Notes under the pieces: generated by a model
What the model was told of the DNA's origin: nothing
Database searches by the model: none
Seen by the model: only the letters and a program-made list of their open reading frames with translations
Shown here: one piece after another, positions 57,694 through 64,000 of the stretch
Layout: each line of letters begins with the position of its first letter
Position numbering within the stretch: the stretch's first letter is position 1
Origin: an uncultured Actinomycetes bacterium
GTDB taxonomy: Bacteria > Actinomycetota > Thermoleophilia > Gaiellales > Gaiellaceae
Reading direction: 5' to 3'
DNA: 64,000 nt
Assembly: GCA_963836345.1 (NCBI GenBank)
Contig: CAWIJA010000007.1
Span: 43,092-107,091, forward strand
Program-made: the position numbers and the translations under genes

Positions 57694-57894
57694 TCAGAGA
57701 CTGCTACTTACGAGCATGGGCGGGCGCGTAACGTCGGTGACCGTGCTGGACTGAGCCGTGTTGCCAGAGATGCGGATCAGGTAGCTGCGGTCGCCGTAGA
57801 GCACCTTGGCGCAGGGAAGCCGAGCGGCTTCCAGCCAGCGCTCGACAAGCGAGAGAAGCTCCAGGACCCAACGCGACGCAGGTGCTTCGGTCAT
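57694..57894 (-). CDS. small protein (66 aa), short paralogue of 59709..60125
   Basis: ATG 57894 after GGGAG. MTEAPASRWVLELLSLVERWLEAARLPCAKVLYGDRSYLIRISG... Confidence 0.45.
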   Translation of the reverse strand: MTEAPASRWVLELLSLVERWLEAARLPCAKVLYGDRSYLIRISGNTAQSSTVTDVTRPPMLVSSSL

Positions 57895-58100
57895 CTCTTC
57901 TCCCGTGGTCAGAAGCCTTGGTCGCCGACCACGCTGGACGGGGCCGGCCGGGAACTGCTCCAACCCGCGTCGTCTGTGGGAGGACATCCGCCGGGCTACA
58001 CGGTTTGAGCCCGGCCATCACTCCGCAGCGCCGAGATGTACGACACCGCTATGTCAGACTTTAGCACCTTTCGCGGCCTCCAGCCCCCTTTCCAGGCGGG
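57730..58100 (-). repeat. copy 1 of the duplicated module (3' two-thirds of the small ORF plus ~200 nt of conserved upstream leader)
   Basis: By-eye alignment to 59750..60328. 35-nt core 57953-57987 versus 60180-60214, with one mismatch. Confidence 0.7.
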
Positions 58101-58752
58101 AGTAGAATCCGATATTCCTGCCGAGCCCATGCCAGAGAGTGATGTCCAGCACCTGCGCGTCCTGATCGCGAACGAGAAGCGCGACCGGCTCGAGTTACTC
58201 GCCCAGGTCGTGATCGGTCTCGGACACGACGTGATCGCCCGCGAGATCTACGTCAGGGAAGTCGGCGCGGTCACGGCCAGGGAGCACCCTGACGTCGCCC
58301 TGGTCGGGCTCGGGTCGAGCTCGGACCACGCGCTCGAACTGATCTCGGAGATTGTCCGTGAAGCCTCCTGCCCGGTGATCGCGATCCTCCATGCCGACGA
58401 TCCTGGTTACGTCCACGAGGCGGCCAAGCGCGGCGTGTTCGCCTATCTCATCGACGGCACCCCCGACGAGCTGCAAAGCGCAATCGACATCACGCTCCAG
58501 CGCTTCAGCGAGTACCAGAGCCTCCAGGGGGCGTTCGGGCGACGCGCCCTGATCGAGCAGGCGAAGGGGATCCTCATGGCCCGCCACTCGATCAGCGCCG
58601 ACCTCGCCTTCGAGCGCCTTCGCGACCATTCGCAACACGACGGCCGCAAACTGAGCGACGTCGCCGCCGCCGTCGTCGAGAGTCACCTCCTGCTTCTTCC
58701 TCCGGCGCCGCAGACACTCCCGCCCGACCCCGCCGATGCCGGCGTTTCTTAG
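58036..58752 (+). CDS. ANTAR-domain regulator with a degenerate (pseudo-)receiver domain; start uncertain (58036, 58051 or 58129)
   Basis: ANTAR: RALIEQAKGILMARHSISADLAFERLRDHSQHDGRKLSDVAAAVV. REC-like: LRVLIANEKRD...PDVALVGLG...PVIAILHAD...AYLIDGT. Confidence 0.8.
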   Translation: MYDTAMSDFSTFRGLQPPFQAGVESDIPAEPMPESDVQHLRVLIANEKRDRLELLAQVVIGLGHDVIAREIYVREVGAVTAREHPDVALVGLGSSSDHALELISEIVREASCPVIAILHADDPGYVHEAAKRGVFAYLIDGTPDELQSAIDITLQRFSEYQSLQGAFGRRALIEQAKGILMARHSISADLAFERLRDHSQHDGRKLSDVAAAVVESHLLLLPPAPQTLPPDPADAGVS

Positions 58753-58784
58753 CCGCCTGTTCGCGGTCGACCCGCTCCCCTGAT

Positions 58785-58818
58785 GGGCAAGGGCCGCGCT
58801 TGTGGGCGGCCCTTGCCC
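58785..58818. terminator. 13-bp perfect hairpin between convergent genes
   Basis: GGGCAAGGGCCGC-gcttgtgg-GCGGCCCTTGCCC. Confidence 0.6.
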
Positions 58819-58828
58819 GCTCGTGGTG

Positions 58829-59698
58829 TTAGCCGTTGAGGTTGACGTCCACCGAGAAGAGACGCCGGGTCGAGATCCCACCGAGGAGGTTCTCGCCTGA
58901 CTTTCGCGCCCGCACGAAGACCGCGACCAGTCCCTGCTTGGAGCTGACCGGGAACCCGGTCAGCATGCGGAAGTTGAGCTCCGCCCAGCCGTCCTGGCCG
59001 GTCGTCTGCTCGGGCGGGATCGACAGTTGGCCGAACGGGACGGCGGTCGCATAGACCAGCGCGCCCTGCACCGACCGGCCGCCGCATGCGGAGACGTGGT
59101 AGCGCACGATCAGCTGCTGTGTCCCACGGTTGACCACCGACGGGTTGGCCTGCTGCCCGTCGATCAACAGCCGTGCCGGCGGGCTCAGACCAGCGACCTG
59201 GACGGGGCCGGAGCCGGTCGGGCAACCCGTGGCCGCCGGGGGAGGCGCCGTAGGCGGCTTGTCAGCGGCGGCGATGACGGCGGTCGGCACCGAGGACGCG
59301 GTCGCGCTGCCGTCCGCGTTCTTCGCCTGCACCTTGAACCGGACCGTGTTCCCCACGTCGGTCGAGGTCAGCGTGTAGATCAGAGCGTGGGCGCCGCTGA
59401 TGTTCGCGCAACTGCCGCCGGTCTTGTCGCAGCGAGTCCAGAAGTAGTTGTAGTCGGTCGGCTGTTCACTCCACTTGCCCCTGACCGCGGTCAGCTTCTG
59501 GCCCTCCTGTGGCGTGCCGGTGATCGTCGGCGGCGACGTGTTGACGGGCTTGCCTGCTCCGGCCGCGGCGCCGGCGCCGGCGAAGACGGCCAGCGCGGAG
59601 ACGACGACGGCGGCGACGCCCGCCCCGAAGATCCCACCGAGGAACACCCAGCGTTTCCTCTGAGGGCGCACGATCGTCCTGCGTTGCTCTTGCAACAT
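58829..59698 (-). CDS. membrane-anchored/secreted protein with an Ig-like repeat domain
   Basis: ATG 59698, 7 nt after an AGGAG that overlaps the upstream stop. TM WVFLGGIFGAGVAAVVVSALAVF, then PPTITGTPQEGQKLTAVRGKWSEQPTDYNYFWTRCDKTGGSCANISGAHALIYTLTSTDVGNTVRFKV. Confidence 0.6.
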   Translation of the reverse strand: MLQEQRRTIVRPQRKRWVFLGGIFGAGVAAVVVSALAVFAGAGAAAGAGKPVNTSPPTITGTPQEGQKLTAVRGKWSEQPTDYNYFWTRCDKTGGSCANISGAHALIYTLTSTDVGNTVRFKVQAKNADGSATASSVPTAVIAAADKPPTAPPPAATGCPTGSGPVQVAGLSPPARLLIDGQQANPSVVNRGTQQLIVRYHVSACGGRSVQGALVYATAVPFGQLSIPPEQTTGQDGWAELNFRMLTGFPVSSKQGLVAVFVRARKSGENLLGGISTRRLFSVDVNLNG

Positions 59699-59708
59699 GG
59701 TTGTACTC

Positions 59709-60125
59709 CTAACGACTAGTCGGGACATCGGCGGAGAGCACCCCAGGCGGTTCGGTGACGTTCCCGAAATGACCGGTGGAGGTGCGGATCAGATAGCTAC
59801 GGCCGCCGTAGAGCACCTTTGCGCAGGGAAGTCGAGCGGCCTCGAGCCAACGTTCGACCAGCGAGAGAAGCTCCAGCACCCATCCTCCTCCCACCGGCGG
59901 CTGCAACCTGACAATCCAGCCAGAGCTGGACACGACCTCGGCCGGAAATAACGGCGCGGCGTACTCCAGGAGGAGGCTGGTGCAGTATGGGTCGTGGGCG
60001 ACGATCTCGACCGGTTGGGCGCTCTCGGGACTCCAGGCGGTCGACGTGCGCGGACGCGACCTGGGAGCGGGGCGCGGACGTCTCCGGCCACGCTTGCGAA
60101 CCGGCAATGCGGGTGCTTCGGTCAT
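59709..60125 (-). CDS. small protein (138 aa), long paralogue of 57694..57894
   Basis: ATG 60125 after GGAG. MTEAPALPVRKRGRRRPRPAPRS...VEIVAHDPYCTSLLLEYAAPLFPAEVVSSSGWIVRLQPPVGGGWVLELLSLVERWLEAARLPCAKVLYGGRSYLIRTS. Confidence 0.5.
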   Translation of the reverse strand: MTEAPALPVRKRGRRRPRPAPRSRPRTSTAWSPESAQPVEIVAHDPYCTSLLLEYAAPLFPAEVVSSSGWIVRLQPPVGGGWVLELLSLVERWLEAARLPCAKVLYGGRSYLIRTSTGHFGNVTEPPGVLSADVPTSR

Positions 60126-60328
60126 GTCGTCTCCGTGGTCGAGGCCTGAACGCCGACCATCTGACTGGGGTCGGCCGCCAACTGCTCCAACCCGCATCGT
60201 CTGTGGGAGGACATTTCGCCGGGCCACATGCCTTGGGACCCGGCGAGCACTCCGCAGCACCGATGTTTACGGCACCGCCAACACGAAGACTAGCATTCTC
60301 CGCCCTCGGGCCTTCCCCCTTCCGGGGC
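59750..60328 (-). repeat. copy 2 of the duplicated module
   Basis: See 57730..58100. Contains 216 extra nt inside the ORF. Confidence 0.7.
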
Positions 60329-60412
60329 ATTGGATGCTGGCGACCCGGCCACAGTCCCCGGGAGAGAAGCTGAGTTGATCACGCGCAGCATGCCGCGTCG
60401 GCACGTAGACGT

Positions 60413-60853
60413 CTAGGCGCTGCTCGACGTATTCAGGGCAACGGCGGAGCGAACGAGAGCCTTGAAAGCCTTCTCGTCGATCTCTTCTCCCTCGTGGATC
60501 ACGATGGCGCGCAAGGCGTTGCCTTCGAGGCTGGCGTTGAAGAGGCCTTCCGGGTCCTCGAGAAAAGCTCCCTTGGGGAAGGTCAGCCTCACGTGGTTCT
60601 TGTAGGACTCGCCGGTGCAGATGATCTTGTCGTGGTACCACACCGGAACCCCGGCGGGGTTCGTGGGCTTCCTCCACTTCACGTCCTCGACCACCTCGGG
60701 GTCGGCTTGCTTGATGAGAGTACGGAGCCGGGTGAGCGTCTCACCCCGCCAGTCGCCCAGCTCCCTGATCCTCGCGTCTATCAACTCAGACGGGGACCCG
60801 GGGTTCTGCGGAGCGCCCTTCTTCACGACATCCCTCTCTTCTGGGCGGCTCAA
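60413..60853 (-). CDS. DUF1801 (YdhG-like) domain protein
   Basis: ELIDARIRELGDWRGETLTRLRTLIKQADPEVVEDVKWRKP...YKNHVRLTFPKGAFLEDP. Confidence 0.65.
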   Translation of the reverse strand: MSRPEERDVVKKGAPQNPGSPSELIDARIRELGDWRGETLTRLRTLIKQADPEVVEDVKWRKPTNPAGVPVWYHDKIICTGESYKNHVRLTFPKGAFLEDPEGLFNASLEGNALRAIVIHEGEEIDEKAFKALVRSAVALNTSSSA

Positions 60854-61265
60854 CGCAGCTCCTGGATCCGGATCAGGTTGCCCGCGGGATCGCGGACGGC
60901 GCAGTCGCGAAGGCCGTACGGCTGCTCGGTCGGCTCCTGGACGACCTCGGCGTGGCGGGCCTCCAGCTGCTCGAAGGTGCCGTCGAGGTCGGCGGTGGCC
61001 AGGTTGATGCTGGCATAGGTCCCCTTGGCCATCATCTCGGCGATGGTGCGGCGCTCGTCGTCGGTGACACCGGGGGATGCGGCCGGCGGATACAGCACGA
61101 TTGACGTGCCGGGCTGGCCGGCGGGGCCGACGGTGATCCAGTGCATCCCGCCGTATTCGACGTCGTTGCGGACCTCGAAGCCGAGGGTGTCGCGATAGAA
61201 GGCGAGGGATGCGTCCGGGTCGTCGTGTGGGAGAAAGCTCGCGTGAATGGTGATTTCCATGGCAG

Positions 61266-61269
<4 letters not shown>
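60850..61269 (-). CDS. VOC/glyoxalase family protein
   Basis: ATG 61269 overlaps the AraC stop (ATGA). MTAMEITIHASFLPHDDPDASLAFYRDTLGFEV...VRDPAGNLIRIQE. Confidence 0.75.
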
Positions 61270-61760
<491 letters not shown>

Positions 61761-61870
61761 AGGCCGGCCGCTGTTTTCGATCTCAAATGGCGTGGTCGAC
61801 CCGCGCGACCGCAGCGGCTCGACTTGCCGGATTACCGAGCCGAGCCGCCGCGGTCAAGCGGCCTTTCTAG

Positions 61871-62062
61871 CTAGGCGTCATGAGGCCGAGCTCCCGGGAG
61901 CTCGCTCCAGTGTTCCGGGCGCTCGACGCGCCAGCGGTCTCGGAATGCCGCGTTTGCCTCCGCGCCCGAACTCGTGTCCTGCTCGACACTCGCGCCGTAG
62001 CGCAGTGCAACGTCCGAGCGCTTGTAGACGCGCCAGAACGTCAACCTCGCGTCGGAGCGCAT
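61871..62062 (-). CDS. hypothetical small protein (63 aa), weak call
   Basis: High GC3, AGGGG 6 nt before the ATG. MRSDARLTFWRVYKRSDVALRYGASVEQ... Confidence 0.3.
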   Translation of the reverse strand: MRSDARLTFWRVYKRSDVALRYGASVEQDTSSGAEANAAFRDRWRVERPEHWSELPGARPHDA

Positions 62063-62275
62063 CAGGCCCCTACACGAAGAAACCCGGGGGGCGGCCTGCC
62101 CGATTTTGTGCTAAACTGCACATTGGAAACACCGGGCCAGTCGCGCTGACGGCATCGCGCCGTCGAGCCGCCAGCTTCTTCTCCTCGATGCAACCGCGTC
62201 TCAGCCGTCGCGCTGAGCCAGCCGTTCGGAGGCTCGCCTCTGGGATGCTGCCTGCTTCGAAAGAAGGAGAACACC

Positions 62276-62758
62276 ATGACAACACTGGTTCGCTTTGATC
62301 CCGCTCGTGAGGTCAGTGCTCTGCAAGGTGAAATGGGCCGCTTCATGAACCTGCTGCTCGCCGGGGTACCCGGAAGCAGAGGCACAACGCAGGGCGTCTG
62401 GGCCCCGGCGATGGATGTGTGGGAGACGGACAACGAGATCGTGTACGCGTTCGATCTGCCCGGCATCCCGAAGGAAACGGTCTCGATCGAGTTTCAGAGC
62501 GGCGTTCTGACAGTCAGTGCCGAGCGTGAGCGCTCAGACGAAATCGAGAGCGATCGGCTGTACCGCTTCGAGCGCCGCTACGGGAGCTTCTCGCGGACGA
62601 TCGGGCTGCCGCAGGGTGTGGTCGAGGATCAGATCTCGGCTCGCTTCGAAGACGGTGTGCTCGAAGTCCACGTGAGCAAGCCCGAGGTGGAGAAGCCGCA
62701 TCAGATTCAGATCGGCAACGGCAAGGCCGCGATCGAAGGCAAGGCGACGAAGGCGTAA
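62276..62758 (+). CDS. Hsp20/alpha-crystallin family small heat-shock protein
   Basis: WAPAMDVWETDNEIVYAFDLPGIPKETVSIEFQSGVLTVSAER...FERRYGSFSRTIGLPQGV...ARFEDGVLEVHV. Confidence 0.9.
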   Translation: MTTLVRFDPAREVSALQGEMGRFMNLLLAGVPGSRGTTQGVWAPAMDVWETDNEIVYAFDLPGIPKETVSIEFQSGVLTVSAERERSDEIESDRLYRFERRYGSFSRTIGLPQGVVEDQISARFEDGVLEVHVSKPEVEKPHQIQIGNGKAAIEGKATKA

Positions 62759-62770
62759 CGCGCCCGCACA

Positions 62771-62816
62771 GGTAGACGAAAAGGGGCGGCGACTCAGCCG
62801 CCCCTTTTCGTCTACC
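62771..62816. terminator. bidirectional intrinsic terminator (20-bp perfect stem with A/T tracts)
   Basis: GGTAGACGAAAAGGGGCGGC-gactca-GCCGCCCCTTTTCGTCTACC, 13 nt after the hsp20 stop. Confidence 0.8.
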
Positions 62817-62907
62817 TGAACCGAAGGATCCGGGGCCGCCCGTGCGGGCGGCTTTGGGTCGGTCGTCGGCAGAGGCAGACGATGCCGCCCGCCGTAAGTG
62901 TGAGAGG

Positions 62908-63549
62908 ATGAACCGCCTCGCCGCGTTCGGCCGCTTCTGGTGCGACTTCGTCGTCGGCGACGACTGGGTCGCCGCAACCGGCATTGTCGTCGCGATCGGT
63001 GCGACCGCCGGCCTCGCCGCGAGCCACGTCGCCGCTTGGTGGGAGGGCATGCTCGACGAGTTCGAGCGCCGGACGGACTATCCCGCCCGGACGTACGTCG
63101 ATCCCGTCTACGGCGAGATCACCTGCCCGCCCCTGAAGCAGGAGATCGCCCGCACGCTCCGCCCCGAGAAGATCGACGGCACCCTGCGGACGGCATCCGC
63201 CGCGCGCGAAGGCGTCACGATCGGGATCGGGCTGCCGAGCATCGTCGAGGCGGAGACGGGCAGCGAGGGCGAGCCCTGCGTCCGCCCCGACGGTGGTGTG
63301 ATCTACGAGCCGCGGCTGTCACGGGGAGGAGCCTCCCCCGTCGCCGTCGACAACAGCCTCGACGGTCGGCTACCGCTGCCCGCGGCCGTGCGATTCAGGG
63401 CGTCGGGCCGCTTCGGACACGCGTTCACGATCGCGGCCGTGCAGACGGTCAAGGAGCCGACAACCGGAGGAACCTGGGTGAGCGCGATGCGGGTGAAGCT
63501 GACGTTCCAGCCGTGCCCCCGCCGCGGCCGCGACGTCACGCGCTGCTGA
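62908..63549 (+). CDS. hypothetical protein with an N-terminal TM helix
   Basis: GAGAGG before ATG 62908. MNRLAAFGRFWCDFVVGDDWVAATGIVVAIGATAGLAASHVAAWW... Confidence 0.45.
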   Translation: MNRLAAFGRFWCDFVVGDDWVAATGIVVAIGATAGLAASHVAAWWEGMLDEFERRTDYPARTYVDPVYGEITCPPLKQEIARTLRPEKIDGTLRTASAAREGVTIGIGLPSIVEAETGSEGEPCVRPDGGVIYEPRLSRGGASPVAVDNSLDGRLPLPAAVRFRASGRFGHAFTIAAVQTVKEPTTGGTWVSAMRVKLTFQPCPRRGRDVTRC

Positions 63550-63585
63550 AGGCGGCCGCGCCCCGCCGGACCTATGCCGGGTGCC

Positions 63586-64000
63586 TCAGCCGACGGTAGC
63601 GGGTGCATACCGCGGCCGCCCGGCGGGCCGGTAGACCTGGATCGTTACGCCCTTCGAGTCGGCTCGCGAGTCGACCAGGTCAAGCGCAATGTCCGAGCCG
63701 GCGTCGGGGAACAGCCGCGTGCCCTGCCCGAGGACCACGGGGACGATGAGCAGGTTGATCTCGTCGACCAGGTCGTGTTCGAGCAGCCATCGGATCAGGG
63801 CGCCGCTGCCATGCACCTGCAGCTCACCCCCCGGCTTCGCTTTCAGCTCGCCGATCGCCTCCGCGAGATCACCGGAGAGGACGGTCGTGTCCGCCCATTG
63901 CGGGTCGCTGAGCGTGGTCGATGCCACGTACTTGGGCCGCGCGTTCAAGGCAGCTGCGATCTGATGGTTGCCCGGATCTTCGACCGCGGCGCGAGCCCGC
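63586..64000 (-). CDS. dihydrofolate-reductase-like (RibD C-terminal domain) family protein; 5' end beyond the window
   Basis: ...VEDPGNHQIAAALNARPKYVASTTLSDPQW...ELQVHGSGALIRWLLEHDLVDEINLLIVPVVLGQGTRLFPD. The frame stays open to position 64000. Confidence 0.7.
   Translation of the reverse strand, partial: RARAAVEDPGNHQIAAALNARPKYVASTTLSDPQWADTTVLSGDLAEAIGELKAKPGGELQVHGSGALIRWLLEHDLVDEINLLIVPVVLGQGTRLFPDAGSDIALDLVDSRADSKGVTIQVYRPAGRPRYAPATVG

Noticed and set aside
57704-58021. Track ORFs crossing the conserved leader (57704..58021 and 57694..57987 N-terminal part; the first 45 aa of 59709..60260), considered as a conserved upstream peptide.
   Set aside because: The shared 35-nt core is read in different frames in the two copies, and the indels between copies are not multiples of three. 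The apparent peptide similarity (VLPQT.RVGAV) follows from nucleotide identity.
60230-60412. Possible remnant of a second ANTAR gene 5' end next to leader copy 2. The plus strand MFTAPPTRRLAFSALGPSPF was compared with MYDTAMSDFSTFRGLQPPF.
   Set aside because: Similarity fades after about 60328, and no REC or ANTAR sequence follows. It is more simply explained as the shared non-coding leader. Left as a note only.

Overview
High-GC (about 70%) bacterial chromosomal window. Gene content and order (infC-rpmI-rplT-trmH-pheS-pheT, many Actinomycetota-style DUF proteins) suggest an actinobacterial lineage, possibly Thermoleophilia/Rubrobacteria-like; this is inference only. All family names come from reading motifs in the translations, since no searches could be run.

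Main blocks:
- 1-19.1 kb: one 19-kb co-directional minus-strand string with gaps of 51 nt or less. It runs 2-oxoacid dehydrogenase E1alpha/E1beta/E2, VOC, GNAT, three tandem ~1160-aa zinc-ribbon/class III cyclase/AAA NTPase/TPR paralogues, lpd (E3), a small membrane protein, PEBP, two TenA-like genes, then dnaE.
- 19-29 kb: envelope and stress genes (holin-like, DUF3618, YihY, a two-domain cupredoxin), pheST, a methyltransferase, and LemA-DUF2207.
- 29-34 kb: trmH-rplT-rpmI-infC-thrS, cspA, infA and a CBS protein.
- 34-39 kb: two large secreted proteins built from divergent InlB B-repeats.
- 40-44 kb: second-messenger genes (REC-GAF-GGDEF-REC-HD-GYP, a stand-alone cNMP-binding protein) plus a DMT transporter.
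- 44-47 kb: ars island (ACR3, ArsC, ArsR, CDF-like).
- 47-64 kb: accessory-looking mix (csp cluster, duplicated UPF0104 membrane proteins, a TerC-USP chimera, dihaem cytochrome c, an ANTAR regulator, AraC-VOC-DUF1801, Hsp20).

I found no rRNA, tRNA, CRISPR array, transposase or integrase.

Most notable observations:
1. The tandem cyclase-NTPase-TPR triplet sits between E2 and E3. Only the promoter-proximal copy is intact.
2. A duplicated module, consisting of a roughly 200-nt conserved untranslated leader plus a small ORF, flanks an ANTAR gene whose receiver domain has lost its phospho-acceptor residues. The module heads two envelope-protein operons. This is my best candidate for an undescribed cis-RNA/regulator system.
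3. Six single-nucleotide indels occur, all in paralogous or accessory genes.
4. There are several unusual translation-initiation arrangements (infC uORF, infA start, hsp20 leader).
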